From the human T2T-CHM13v2.0 reference genome, Homo sapiens, in NCBI RefSeq assembly GCF_009914755.1, contig NC_060930.1: a DNA stretch of 64,000 nt; one strand, 5' to 3'. The stretch's first letter is position 1; each line of letters begins with the position of its first letter. The notes under the pieces are model-generated. The model was not told the DNA's origin. It ran no database searches and worked only from the letters and a program-made list of their open reading frames with translations. Positions 1-15,142 of the stretch are shown here, piece after piece. The translations under genes were made by a program, and so were the position numbers.

Positions 1-500
1 TGGGAGATTCATCTCCTGTGTTTGAGGCCTTCATTCTTGAGCACTCAGCTCCTCCAGAAGCGGCTGGCATCTAGCATGCTTGCCATAAATAAATCATTCT
101 TAGCTTGCTGACCTGGAGCAGTGAGTGGGCCGTAGTCCCCCACCACACCCGCTCTCCTCTGAGAGTAAAATGCCCTGTTGCATTTTTAATACCACCCTAA
201 GACTCTGTGTCAAGTTTCCACAAAGTTTGCCAGAGGAATTAGCTTCCTCTTTTTAATAGGCAGTTCCAAGAGGTCAGAAGATAAACAAGTTTGAAAACAA
301 TTACATTTTTTTTAAATCACTTGATCCAACATACCGCATCTTGCATTTTCAGAAAAGATTGGCTTCTATAATTTTACCACCTGGTACAACATATTGAAAT
401 GTACTTTATTTAACACAATAACCACCGAGTTATTATTATTTTTCTTGCTTCCTTTCCTTCCTTCCTTTTGCAATGTGGGAACTGCCTGCCCAGGGGAATA

Positions 501-522
501 TGACTCACCCTGGATTGACTCA
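501..522. promoter_or_regulatory. Paired AP-1 consensus sites (possible intronic enhancer)
   Basis: TGACTCA at 501-507 and 516-522. Confidence 0.3.
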
Positions 523-2049
523 GAGTATATATGACTTCATGAAACACCACAGAGTGAGGGCAGAGAGTCACTGGCCCATTCTCCATGATGCTGGTTGCCA
601 AGAAACCATTGGCCTTCTAGGTAACAAGATGGTCTACCTGTCTTTTGGGGTTGTTCATGGAAGTTTACTTAGTGTCTGTGTATCTATGGCTCCCTGTTTG
701 ATCAAACAAGACACGTGAATAAGAAAGCAGTAAGCCAGAGAGGAACTTATTTAATCATTATTCAAAGTCAAAATAATTTTATCTTTAAACAACTATACCT
801 ACTTTTTAAATTTAGTAAATTATTACAAATTATAAATATTTTTTATTTTTTATATCTTATAAAGTTCCAATTATGCCATATTACTAATTGGTATTTACCA
901 AAATACAGCTATCTTCCACATCTTATTCTCTTCTATGAAATAGTATTCATGCAATTTTGAACATGTTCCAGTCATTGGAAGCACTGGCTAAGGAACGCAC
1001 ATGAACATAAGCATTTGGTATTATTATTTTTCAAATACAAGTTTTGACAATCGCCTTACCTGTGTAAAGGCAGGTGCAATCACTTTGGGGCATGGGATTG
1101 GGGAGCTGGGGCTGAGGAGAGGGTGCCAGAATTACTCCATAGTTACCCAAACCATCTTCTCCAGTAGGACTTTGGTGAAACATTAGTTTGGATTGAAAGT
1201 ACAGAAACAAAGTGGACTAGATTCCAGAGATGAAACTTGCCTTGCTTACCCCTGAGTAATGCTTCTTCTAACTGATGTGTAACTTTTCCTCTTGGGGTTT
1301 TAGTTCCCTCCACTATGTAATGAAGACAATCTCTAAGGTTCCTTTCTCCTCCTCTGATAGCTTCTGCTGCCATCTTATCTGCCTCACTTAAGGACCTTCC
1401 TAGTTACAGTAAAATCAACAGCAAAACAAGCTCATCAATTCCACCTCAATGGAAACAAAAGAAACGAAATGAAGTGTCAGTACCATTTCCCAAAACCAAC
1501 CAGTGACTGTTGACTAACAGTGCAAAGAGAGTGGGAAATGGTCAAAAGTCTCTTTAACATCAGACCACCTGGTACTGCCTTTTCTGAGATTAGACATTTT
1601 ACTTAGAAAAGCCTGTATGGTCAATTCAGTGTGGTCACTTAAGAGACCCCATCATTCATGTGAAACTTGCTTTTTACTTTCAGATGGGTGTATACCATGA
1701 TGATTTTGATAAAGTCCACTTGAAACCATGTCCATTTCTGTTTAGAGTAGTTTTAGCACTCTTTCTATTAATAACAGTCATCTCCTTAAATAGAAGCCTG
1801 TGTCAGCGAAGTCTAACTACACAGGAGGTGTTTGTTCCTAACAGACATGCACAGGGGCCAGCGGAGATGACCAGTCCTCACTGCATGCCTGGAGGAAGTG
1901 TGGTGCCCAAGATGGCTCAACCATCATTGATTTGACAATTTAATAATCACGATGGTGGAAACAATCTGTGTCCATTTATCTGGTTAGTATAGGAAGAAGC
2001 TTGGAATACTCTGACCTAACGCAAGGATGATTTATTGTCATAATCATAA

Positions 2050-3483
<1,434 letters not shown>

Positions 3484-5923
3484 TCCTAACCCAGTCTTAG
3501 CATGGGAAGATTTTCAGGCTTGACTCTTTTCCATCCTCCCTGTTTCAAATACTCTCTCTGCTTGCTCTTTGGCCTCATACACAGCAGGCATCTTTCTTTC
3601 CAGTCTCTTTGCCAGTGGTAAATGGCCTCCTTTTCTCAAAACTCACCTTGGCTGCTGCTTGCTTTGCTCCACCCAGCAGTCACCCCACCTCCCACCTCCT
3701 CATCAACCCCAGCTCCATTACTAGTCCAGCTCCTGAAACCTCAGCCCTGATCAGAGCCCTGGCCTTCCTCCTTGCCTGGGAGGGAGTTGAGGCTGGCAAT
3801 GGACACAATTCAATATAGTTTAACCAGTGAGAAGTTGGCAATGCCATCAGGTGCCACTTGTCTCCCGGGGGAAGAATGGGGGCCAAGAGCCTGCAGTGTC
3901 ATGTCAGTCAGGCACATGCAGTGGCTTAGCATCAGAATGCGTGGTTCAGACCGTGGCCACAGTAGGGAAAATGGACTCTTCATAGTTGCCAAGCAATGCT
4001 AAAGGTCAGACAAAATCTAATTTGAGAATTCAAATTTGAGAATTTAAAAGCCAGAGTGGTCAGAGGCAAGGGAGGAAAACAAAGGAGCTTGCTGTTCAAA
4101 AGCACTTTCTCCAGGCCTCCTGTTTGAATATCCCCTGCAACTACTAGGGTAAGGCAGATTTGGGAAAGATAGGGGACTGATTACACTAATGCTGTTTTGC
4201 TTTGCAAATGAAGGTTGAGAAGAGCAGTTTAGGGGCTGCTCCACAGGAAAACTTGTAGGGAGTAATCCTAGACTATCTCTTTCATAATCATCTTTGGGAT
4301 TCTTTCCCTATCCAGGGAAGATGAATAGGTTTCATCCTTTAAATAATATTTTTAACCTACCTCCAAGCATAACATCTCCCAGGAACTTGTGAAAACAGCA
4401 AGAACTTGTGATAAAGTTACAAATGCTCAAAAATGTCCCTGTGATTAAGTTTTACCCATGCTTCTACAAGAAATTAATCCCTCTCCCTGTCTCCCTTCTC
4501 CCCTTCCTCTCTTTTCTTTTTTCATTTCTAGCAGATAGGAATAGTTGACTGATATAGGAGACAATGAAAGTACCCAACCATTGAGGGGAATTTAAACGCC
4601 CTCAGTATTAAGCAGAGTATCACATAGTTAAAAATACAGGCTTTGGAGACCAACAGACCCAGGTATGAGTCCCCATTTCAATATAGCCTTCAGATCCAGG
4701 CAAGAGCAGTCAACCTGGCTGTGGGAATAGGCAGAACTAACATAAACAAGAAACAAAACATTGGGTTGGGTAAATTAACTCAGGGACAAAAACAGATATG
4801 TCATATAGACTACAATTTTCACTTCTTTGCCATCAGCTTTTGACAGGCTATGTAAATAGCCTCAGGCAGAAAGCTCGAGACATAGCAATTCCAATGTTTG
4901 GTAAGTTATAGTTAATTGTTTCCAAAATGGGAAATGCTGAGTTAAACAAGATTCAAGGTTTTTTGACTGATGTCTCTGCTCCTTTTATAAGCTAATGTGT
5001 ACTGTGAATCTGCAAGAGGAGAATTAGGGACTGTTTCTCAAGTTTCTTTAGCCATTTTTTTGTGTGGAGTATCTCAAGGAATGTGTGCTCTGTGGGATAT
5101 ATGTTCAGAAATAAGCTCTGGCCTTAGGAGGTCCCATCACACCAATTGCCAATATATCTCCTCAGCAGCAAACCATTTTAAAGCCCAATGGATGTCACTG
5201 GGCTGTTTATTCACTTGTCCATTGATCCTTCTCCATGTTTCTCTGTGTCCCTGTAAGTGCCTGGACCACATCCCTATGCAGAGCAACCAAAGTTAATCTG
5301 TTCAGTTGAAAGTAACTGTACCTGCAGCTGTGGACAGATTCCTGCACGTAGTACACCCAGTCTCTGACGCTGTTGATGCCCTGCACTCTGGTTCTGCTTA
5401 TTTGGTTAAATTGAGTTTTCTAACATAAATAAAAAGGGGAGGCTTTTATAAGGACCTTTTAAGAAATGAAAACCAACACAATATACCATTTGTCCAAGCA
5501 CAAAGTAAACTTGGCATCCTGAGATGTTCAACCACATCATTTCATTATTACTGCTACTAATGGGAGACAGTGCTTGCTAGTTGCCAAGTTTGAATCATCC
5601 CATCTTAGGGCAGAGTTACTAACAGATGCCAAACCAATTTGCTGCTCTATAAACTTTAGAAATTAAAACACTAAAAGATGCACTGGCCTTCCAAACACAG
5701 GGATGTTATTTGAATACTAAATAAAAGTTGTTGCCAGGGAAATGGGTGCTTTGTCTTCTTTGCCACAAAAGAATCATGGGCTCTGAGACACTTTTGAGAT
5801 GGCTTAGGTGGTAGCAAATACTTTTCAGGTATAATGGACTCTACTGGTCCTCTTTTTTTCTTGGAGATTTTAAGGTCAAGAAACTACCCTTGAGATTTAT
5901 GGCAGGTTGTATTTAAGGTATAA

Positions 5924-5930
5924 AGTGTGT

Positions 5931-5971
<41 letters not shown>
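5924..5971. repeat. (TG)n microsatellite
   Basis: Direct reading. Confidence 0.95.
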
Positions 5972-5972
<1 letters not shown>

Positions 5973-6011
5973 ATTCCTCCCCATGGAATCTTTGAGGTGA
6001 AAGGACAGAAT

Positions 6012-6090
6012 TTCTCAAACTTCTAGCCTCAAGAAATCCTCCTGCCTCAGCCTCCAGAGTAGCTGGGACTATGGGCATGAGCCACTGTGT
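6012..6090 (-). mobile_element. Partial Alu monomer (FLAM/AluJ-like)
   Basis: ctcaagaaatcctcctgcctcagcctcc...gggcatgagccactgtg. Confidence 0.75.
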
Positions 6091-6774
6091 GTGAGTCAAA
6101 AGTTCTGAAAATGGAGAATACCAACTACAAAAAGATTTTTCTGTCTGCCTTAGTCATCAACAGTGGCCCCCATCTCTGAACTCTTAGAACATAACTGAAC
6201 AACCCAGTCTTAAATTATCAGCCCTTCTCTAGTGTTTACTGTCACTCTTTCCTCTCTTGCACTTGTAAGCTCCTTCAGGATAGAAATTGAGGCTCCCACT
6301 TGTGTATGCCCTGGCCCTTGGGGCAATGGTACTCCACTCTCCATAAACATTTGTTGAGTTGAGTTATGTTGGCCAGGAACTTGGAGACCTGCTTGCTAGC
6401 ACAATTATCTCAGTGTGATGGGGGGCAAATTACTTAACCTCTCTGGGCCAGTTTCTATGCATCTAAAACAAGTAAGTTGGTTCAAATGACATCTAAGGTC
6501 CTTTCCAGATAAAGATTGCTGAGTCTCTTGTTTCTCTAGCTCAAGTCTTCACTTGTAAAGTGAGGATAAAGTCTTGATTTAGCTCTACGTGCAATCCATA
6601 AGACGGTTAGGGTTTCTCTCCTTTTTTTTCTGTGTTTTTCCCTGTGATTCTGCAGTTGGGGCAATCTCTAAGTTTAGGATGACTGGGCAACCAGCCACAT
6701 GATATGGTTAGAGAATGCTCAAATGTCTTTTCCCTTTCACGTTCTAACTGCTGTGACATGGCAACTGAGTTTCA

Positions 6775-6995
6775 CAATAATAATAATTCCTTGTATTTGT
6801 TTAGTGCTTTACATTTTATAAAATACCATCTCATATATTTTATCTTTTGATGCTCAAAACTACCTCATAAAATAAAAAAAGCAGATATTATTCCCATATC
6901 ACAGATATGGAAATTGGGGCTCAAATAATTCAATTTGCCTAATGGCACCCAGCTATTATGTTAGTCTGAATTCAGCCTGGGTGTTCTTTCCACTG
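6775..6995 (-). mobile_element. MIR
   Basis: gtgctttaca...attattcccatatcacagatatggaaattggggctca...ttgcctaatggcacccagcta: MIR core. Confidence 0.65.
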
Positions 6996-8049
6996 CACTG
7001 ACTATCTGAGATAAACCATCATCTCCACAAAGTAAATCTGTTACTTGGGTGTGAGTGGTATTTAGGACCCATTGACTCAGCCTCCTTTTGCACCTGCATT
7101 CAGCAAACATTGTTAATGTCTACTGTTTTGCACTCCCAGGGCTAGCATGACACTGATAAATTAGTCTAGTATTTTCCATAGTATATTTCTTGGAACACAA
7201 AAATGATGAGATTTCCCTGAAAAAAAAAAAAAGAAGAAATTCTTGTGGTCAAATAATTGAGAAATGCTTCATACCACACCCCCTCTTTGAGATTTGCAGG
7301 ACCTATTCTTGTTTGCAAATTGAAGTGCTGAAAAGCCTTGCAGTAAAGGGTCCTGTTTACACACTTCACATTCACCAGCTCCCAAGCTGTATTTAGAACC
7401 CTTTGCTCATGCACAATGATTGAAATATTACTGTCTGCAGATTATCCTGAGATCCTGCTGAAATAAGAGTAGAGAAGTAGGAAAAGGAACAATCTTACAA
7501 CAGTTAAGAAAATAAGACAGTGTCACCAATGACAAGGGTTGTTGACAAACTTCTGGAAGAGAGAAGATAGGTAGGAAAATGTTGAGAGATAATAGAGTAC
7601 AGAAAATATTATAGCTCAGAATAAACCCTAAGGTAGGTACAGAGGAGGTGGGGGCCCTGTTCTTTTCCAGGACCCTAGAGAAGCTGTCAGCTTGGAGTTG
7701 GCCCATCCCACAGTGGGTGGGAGGTATGATATGGGACTCCATTGGAGGGAATCAGTGAAATTCTATCCTAGAACAACTTTGCCAGACAGCAGCCAACTCC
7801 CACATCCCAGCTCTGTGCAGTGCACTGGGAGCCTTTTACCTGTGGCCTCTACATGGAAAGTTCCCTCCACAGGCAGCCATTTGAGGGTGTGGGGAGAGCT
7901 TGTGCTTCCAGTCTCGGTGTGGAGGTGCCAGGGTAAAGACTTTCTCTTTCTGGCATCTGGAGATCCATTCCCTGATCACCCCAAAGGAATGATGATTGAC
8001 TTGGCCTCCCCTGCCACTCGGCCCTTATGATGTAGTACAGGACACTTTG

Positions 8050-8285
8050 GAAAAGGAACAATCAGAGAATAAGATCAGAGTTATTAAAAATTAAGAACAT
8101 AACTGCTAAAAATGAAAAATTTAATAGAAGAGCTAGAAATAAGGAAAGCCTCTGAAATCATTGAGCAAAAAAGCAAATAAAAATATGAGAGAAATGACTA
8201 GAGACAGAGGCCAAATACAGAAGGGTCAACCTCCAACTAATAGGAGTTGCAGAGAGAGAGAGAGGAGAGACACTGGAGGGCAGGG
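8050..8285 (+). mobile_element. Ancient L1-class ORF1 remnant (HAL1/L1M-like)
   Basis: A-rich coiled-coil-like sequence ending ...aacctccaactaataggagttgcagagagagag, resembling the ORF1 'NI.LIGVPE' region. Confidence 0.4.
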
Positions 8286-9640
8286 CCTGATACACATATG
8301 CATTCAGTATAATCATTCCGTGACAGACTGCAAACAGGCAAAGTCCTGCCCCTGGAGCTGGGTGACAGGCTGGTAGGGCAGATGGACAACCAATAAATAA
8401 AGCACAATGCCAGTGATATAAAGAAAACAGGAGAATAAGGAAACAGAAATTCAGAGGTGCTATATTAGATGGTGAGGAGGATGTTTGAGCAGAACGGAGT
8501 GAGGAATTGAGCCGTGCCCAGTTAACACTTGCTAAATGAATAAAAGGATGAAAGTATGTAGGTGGAAGAGTGATGTGCATAACCTCATATTGCTCAGGCC
8601 TATACTGAACAGTGCTGCTAGATGATCTCTGAAGTTGCTTATAATTTAGAAAGTGGCCTTCCCTCCCACCCAGTAAATGTACTTTAATCGTTGAGGTCGG
8701 TATTAATGATTTCTGGGAACTCATCACGTCCCATGATGTGTTGGAAAACACCAGGCAATGCTTTATCACAGTCTGTGCTTCTTAGCAAACTATTTCCTCT
8801 CAGCTTTCCTGGAAGCTGGGGTTTTATACTATGGCTATTTTTAGTTGTTGTCGCAGTGGCTGCTGGGACCAATTGCCTAAGGAGTTTGACGAGAACTTTA
8901 CCCTGGGGAGAGGCATTCCTCTCTGCAGTGTTGCCCTGAAGAGCCCTGTAATTGAGATTTGACCATTTACAACCTCTGAGAACTAGATACCATATCATGA
9001 AATGCAAGATCAGGTAGCTTTGCTGTGTGCTCAGCAGTCAGCAAGAAACTGTCCAAAGTTATTTTGACCAGTGGATCATTCATTTGGTCAGTTCCTATTC
9101 AAAACCTTTGACTGAGATAAAGAAGCCTGTTTTGCTTTGGAATTGATGCTTGGGAAGCTCCAGGTGGGGGTAGGCTGGGGGATGTTTGCCCTCAAAATGA
9201 TTTTTCACAAGAGTACCCCAGACTTGTGTGTTCCTTCACAGCCAGTCAAACGAGGGACCGACTGGCATTCAGGAAAGCAACCTGAAAGATCTAGTTGGGA
9301 TATTCTGGCAGGTATCTAATCTGCCAGCACTTGCCCTTCCTTCTCTGCTCCAAGGCAATGAGAACAAGACTGGCTATAAAACCCACCACTGCCAAAACCA
9401 TCTTCCCAAAGCACACTTCTGACCTTGCAACGTCCCTGTTTAAAACCCTCAGATTCTCCCTGCCACAGACCAAACACACTCTAAAAGTCTTAGCTGCTAC
9501 TCAAAGGCCTCCTGTGATCCAAGCTAATCCCTGGGTATAATTTCATTTCTCCAGCTCCTCCACTTTCAACCCCCTTATGCATCATCCAAATATTATTGAA
9601 TGTTCCCTATAAACGAGTGATGATTTCCCACCTCGATGCC

Positions 9641-10022
9641 TTTTATAGACTATTTGTGTCTCCCCCACACCCCTGACAACAAATTCATATGTTGAATCCC
9701 TAACCACTATTATGGCTATATTTGGAGTTGGGGCCTCTAAGGAAGTAATTAAGGCTGAATGAGGCCATAGGGCGGGGGCCTGATCCAATAGGTTTACTAT
9801 CCTTTTAAGAAGAGAACCAGAGAGCTTTCTCTTTCATTTCCATGTGGAGATACAGCAAGACGGTGGCTGTCTGCAAGCCAGGAGGAAAGTCTTCACCAGA
9901 AACTGATCATGCTGGCACATTGATGGTGAACTTTTATCCAGAACCGTGAAAAAATAAGTTTCTGTTGCTTCAGCCATGCAGTCTGTGTGGTTTTGTCATG
10001 GCAGCCTGAGATGACCAGTGCA
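9641..10022 (+). mobile_element. MLT1A-type MaLR solo LTR
   Basis: aaattcatatgttgaatccctaac...gcaagccaggag...aataagtttctgttg...ggcagcctgag. Confidence 0.75.
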
Positions 10023-10184
10023 ATGTTTTGGTGTATGCAGTCTGTCTTCACAAAGGGTCCTTTTTTGCTATTACCATTTGGGCCAAACCTTTCAAAGAGA
10101 TGTTCCCTTTTCTGTAAACTTTTCTCTGATTTTCTTAGCCATTGACAATCTCATCTTCTAAATTCCCGAAGAACATTGTCAGTT

Positions 10185-10631
10185 CTTTTCTTTCTTTCTT
10201 TCTTTCTTTTTTTGAGACAGAGTCTCGCTCTTGTCACCCAGGCTGGAGTGCAGTGGCGCCATCTCAGCTCACTGAAACCTCCGCCTTCCAGGTTCAAGTA
10301 ATTCTCACACCTCAGCCTCCTGAGTAGCTGGAATTACAGGTGCCCACCAACATGCCTGGCTAATTTTTCTATTTTTAGTAGAGACGGTGTTTCACCACGT
10401 TGGCCAGGCTGGCTTGGAACTCCAGACCTCAGGTGATCTGCCCACTTCAGCCTCCCAAAGTGCTGGGAAAACAGGCGTGAACCACCAAGCCCGGCTAATT
10501 TTTGTACTTTTAGTAGAGATGGGGTTTTGCCATGTTGGCCAGGCTGGTGTGGAACTCCTGACCTCAGGTGATCTGCCCGCCTCGGCCTCCCAAAGTGCTG
10601 GGATTACAGGCGTGAGCCACCGCGCCAGGCC
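10185..10631 (-). mobile_element. Alu trimer (two left monomers plus one right monomer)
   Basis: Left arm and A-rich linker occur twice (10362-10495 and 10497-10631). One degenerate TSD pair: tcagttcttttc / tcagtacttttc. Confidence 0.9.
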
Positions 10632-10937
10632 ATCAGTACTTTTCTTTTGAAAAATTTCACTTTTTGATTTAATAATAGTTACTTGTAAATACAAAATCTT
10701 TCTGAGCTGAAGACCTGTGAAGGCAAGAACAGTGTCTTTTTCCCCCTCATGTCTCCCATAAGCATCTTGCACCGCATCTCTCACACATGGGAGCTGGTGG
10801 CTGTCCTTTACTGAGTGCCTCTCTGTGCTAGGCATGTGTGAGATGTGAAGTGTTCAGCTGGAATCCTCACAGTCCATCTGAGGATTACAACTCTTACAAG
10901 GAAGGTGTTGTCTTCTCATTTAAAACATGGTGAAACT

Positions 10938-11214
10938 TACTGTATGATGCCCTTTGTATGAGGTACCTAGAGTAGCCAAACACAGAGACAGAAAGTAAAG
11001 TGGTTATTGGCTGGGGCTATGGGAAGAGGTGAATGGGGAGTGACTGTTTAATAGGTACAGCCTTTGAATTGTGCAAAACAAAAGTTCTCTGGGTGTATGG
11101 TAGTGATTGTAGCACAACAGTCTGAGTACATTTGATGCCACTGAACTGTACACTTAAAAATGGTGCAGATGTTAAATTTTACGTTATGTATATTTTTACC
11201 TCAATGTAAAAAAT
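10938..11214 (+). mobile_element. L1MB-type 3' end inserted into a MIR
   Basis: tgaggtacctagagtag...gccactgaactgtacacttaaaaatggt; MIR sequence on both sides. Confidence 0.75.
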
Positions 11215-11588
11215 AGTAAAAACTGAGGCACAGAGAAGGAAAGTAATTTGACTAAGATCATCAAACTAGAAAGGGGTAGTGCTTAGATATGAGCCCTGTC
11301 TGCCCACCCCTCTTGTATGGTGTTTTTTGAGGGGTCTTCTTTCCCTGTTGCTTAAATGTTGGTGTTCCTCAGGGCTCCATACTTAGCCCTCTTGAATTCT
11401 GGGCTCAGAATTGGGAAAAAGTTCCCCTTCTGGACAAATAATGTAGAATAAATTTCCCCTCCTTGCAGAGGCAGCCCTGCAGGCAACTGGCTTCTTGGGT
11501 TGACTGGGCTGGATGCCAGAACCATCTCCACCACTGCACCCCCGACAAACTAGCCAGGTACCCTCATATGTGGTACAACCTACACAAT

Positions 11589-11792
11589 TAGTGGTGTGTT
11601 GAGCAGCTCGTCCCAGCTCATGACAGCCAGCTGTGCCCATCTCTTTCCGACTCCCTGTTCAGTGATGCCATATTGGTAGCTTGAAATCAGCTATGGTGGG
11701 AGAACTTACACTACAGAAATCAGTAAATGCTAAAGATAGGAGTCCCCCTACACCACAGAGACCAATGTTAATTATTTACTGGGATACCACTA
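11589..11792 (+). mobile_element. MER63A-like hAT-Blackjack MITE, probably nested in a MER91-like element
   Basis: TIR-like ends tagtggtgtg / ataccacta; internal ggtagcttgaaatcagctatggtggga; 8-bp TSD tacacaat / tgcacaat. Confidence 0.75.
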
Positions 11793-12244
11793 TGCACAAT
11801 GTACATGAAAGCCTTATTGGGGGACTCTACTTCTTTTGGGGCAACTCTGTTTACATCAGTGACTATAGCTATTATCTCTACAAGTCAATGAGATCTCTGT
11901 ATCTGATCTTGTTTCTCTTTTAAACTTCATACTCATATGCCTTCCTGCCTACTGCACAAATCAGTTTATATAATTCAAGGGAAGAATAAAATGTTGAAAA
12001 CCCTCCTCACCCCCCAAAAAGACCAATCTGCTCCTCCCTAATTTCTGCTGTCACAATCCACATGGTCTTCCACATCCAGCTGGGTACCATGCATATCTCA
12101 GAAGTTCTACCTTCTAAATGGTTTTCAAAATGATCCTCATTGCATTTTCTTACTGCTACTCATGTTGATTCAGACGCTTATCATCTCTCCCCAGTGGTAT
12201 GATGTTGCATTCTATTCATCTGAGCCTGCTAATTGGTCTGCCTG

Positions 12245-12598
12245 TGATATGGTTTGGCTGTGTCCTCACACAAATCTCAACTTTAATTGTATCCCCCAGA
12301 ATTCCCATGTGTTGTGGGAGGGACCCAGGGGGAGGTAATTCAATCATGAGGACTGGTCTTTCCCATGCTATTCTCATGACAGTGAATAAGTCTCACAAAA
12401 TCTGATGGGTTTATCAGGAATTTCTGCTTTTGCTTCTTCCTCATTTTCTCTGGCCACCGCCATGTAAGAAGTGCTTTTCTCCTCTTGCCGTGACTCTGAG
12501 TCCTCCCCAGCCATGTGGAACTGTAAGTCCAATTAAACCTCTTTTTCTTCCCAGTCTCAGGTTTGTGTTTATCAGCAGCGTGAAAACAGACTAATACA
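12245..12598 (+). mobile_element. THE1A-type MaLR solo LTR
   Basis: tgatatggtttggctgtgtc...ctaataca; 5-bp TSD gcctg / gcttg. Confidence 0.9.
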
Positions 12599-12768
12599 GC
12601 TTGCTTCTATCCTTCTCATTGAACCAGAGTTGCTTTTGTGGGCAAATGTACTTAAGTCTATTCTGCTTAACTTTTGATGACTCCCCATTACCTACAAGGT
12701 AAATTTCAGACTCCTTAATTTGGCACACAAAACCTTTCACAGCAGGGTGCCAATTTGATTTCAAGCGA

Positions 12769-12948
12769 CAGCCCTGCAGGCAACTGTCTTTTTGGGCTGA
12801 CTTGGCTGGATACCAGAACCATCCCCACCCCTACAAACTAGCCAGGTGCCCTCATATGTGGTACAACCTACACAATTAGTGGTGTTTAGAGCAGTTTGTC
12901 CCAGTTCATGACAGCCAGCTGTGCCCATCTCTTTCCAACTCCCTGCTC
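12769..12948 (+). repeat. Direct copy of 11472-11660 (flank plus left half of MER63A)
   Basis: Co-linear match over ~180 bp, including the insertion junction. Confidence 0.9.
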
Positions 12949-13164
12949 TACTGACTCTATTTTATGAACTACTTGTTGATCTCAAATACCCTCACATTAC
13001 TGCTACTGCCTGGTCAGCTTCCCCTTCCCTTGTTCCACCTAAATTCCTACATGACCTTTACAACCCAACTCACACATTGAGTTGTGAAATCTTTCTGGGC
13101 TTTCTCCCTGCCCCTGAAAGATCAATCACTCCTTCTCCACACATTATCACTTTGTATAACCATT

Positions 13165-13190
13165 GTGTATGTGTGTGTGTGTGTGTGTGT
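13165..13190. repeat. (TG)n microsatellite
   Basis: Direct reading. Confidence 0.85.
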
Positions 13191-13899
13191 CTGGATATGT
13201 CTCTTCCCACCTATATTAAGAACACTTGCAAGACTTTTGTTCATTTTTATCATTTCAATACCTAGCAGAAAATCTGGCATATAGCAGACATGAATTTTAA
13301 CTACCCAGAGAGATACAAAGTTGAAATTAAAATTATTTTTGCTCTTAATGATAAGAAGATTTAGAGGGAATTTTCCATCTCCTGAACACATGTAATGCAT
13401 CAGTGATTCAGTTAAGCACTTCACTCTTCATGGCAAGTGTCTGTGGTGGGTATCATACCACATTCTATAAATAGAGATGTCAATAATCAGAGATATTAAG
13501 GAATTTCCTCCAAGGCTAAAGAGTTAGTAAACGGCAAATTTGAGATTTGAATTCAATTGTACTTCCAAAGCTTGTGCCTTTCCTACTCCTCCATGATTCA
13601 TTTTAACAAAGAAAACCTTTGTGTGAACAAATAACTGATTCAATGTAATGGAGACAATGTCTGGAATATGTGCAAAGTGCCATGGGCACAATCTGGAGGG
13701 ACCTGCTGAATCTGGGTGGCTGGGGACCAGAGAAGTCTTTCATAGTGGAGGTGAACTTGTGTTCTTTGACAGATACTGCAGAGGGACTCACTACAACCTT
13801 TACAAACCTACCTGGTATGGCTTCTTGTACTATAAAGGCTCAACGGTGGAAGAAAAAAATCCCAGATTCCCTTGCAGCTAGAGTCTAGGTGTTCCAGAT

Positions 13900-14282
13900 T
13901 CCACAAAAAAAAAGGTATAATGTGCGATAACAGGTTGGCAGAAGGAGCCACACTCAGCAGCAGTTGCATGTGATCTTACAGGAGAACACCATGGCAGAGG
14001 CATTTGGTTCTGCAGGTTGCATCTGTGTTGGAAGTTCTGGTGCACAGTCCCTAGTACCATAGATGCCAACAGCAGGAAGCTGTGGGGTTTTTTCTAGAAC
14101 AATCTCAGAGTGTGGTTGAGTGTTTCTCCAGGCTCAACCTGGATGTGCAGTACTTAAGCTTGGTTGGTGTCTACCCCTAAGTAGAAATCCTGTGAGCTTC
14201 TCAAATCTGTAATAAATCCCTCTCTGCTTAAGCTTACTAGAGTGGATTTTCTTGTCTGCCTCTAAATCCACTTACCAATGCA
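13900..14282 (+). mobile_element. Old ERVL LTR (LTR33-like)
   Basis: 3' end taataaatccctctctgcttaagcttactagagtggattt...accaatgca. Confidence 0.5.
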
Positions 14283-14980
14283 AACACTGTTGTGGAGAAT
14301 GATCCACTTGCCTCTATCCTTCTGGAGAGATAATCACACAAGGGTGTAGCCTGTCTTAGCACTGTCAAGACCAAGGCCACATTGCGTACGGTTGTACACA
14401 AATTAGAAATATAAGTGTATGTGTTAGGGTTTGCAACAGATATGTATTCATGCTATTCCTATTATTTGCTTTAATTTTGTATTTAAATTTATTTGGGAAA
14501 CTTGGTATTGTTGCTGTAGGCAGAGCCAGTTTGGACTGCAGGAAGTTTTGCCTCTTTCATGTACAAATAGCCTGAAGAATTGAGTGGCAGTGATATGGCT
14601 GCTTCTCAGAAACAGTGATAGTAAATTCAACTGTTGGGACATTCGAGGGAGCTCCCTCCACATGCCAAGACACATGCCAGGTATTGTGTTGGAAATTCTA
14701 TTTCAGTGTTCCAAACAAGCCTGTGAAGTGGGCATCAATGTCCCATATTTTAGATGAGGAAAAGAAGGCTCCATAAGGTTAAGACACTGCCTAGGTTTGC
14801 CCGGATTGCAAGTAGCCACTGAGACTAAAGTCAGTTTGCACTCAGAGCTGCATGCCCTTCCCATGCTGCCAGTCTGCCTCCCAGAGGGAGTGAGGAAGTG
14901 GAAGTATAATAATCACCCCCTCACATAAGAACAGGATTGCCTGAGTTTGTGGGGTATTGCTCAATAAATGTTTGGTCAGA

Positions 14981-15142
14981 CCAATGTCCTAGAGATTTTC
15001 CTCAATGTTTTCTTGTAGTAGTTTCATAGTTTGAAGTCTTAGATTTAAGTCTTTAATCCAATTTTGATTTGATTTTTGTATATGGTGAGAGATAGGGGTC
15101 TAGTTTCATTCTTCTGCATATGAATATGTAGTTTTCCCAGCA
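14981..15142 (-). mobile_element. L1MA ORF2 fragment
   Basis: tagtttcatagtttgaagtcttagatttaagtctttaatcca...tttcccagca. Confidence 0.8.

Noticed and set aside
8158-8769. 203-aa minus-strand ORF
   Set aside because: No recognisable domain; it is partly antisense to a purine-rich L1-like remnant.
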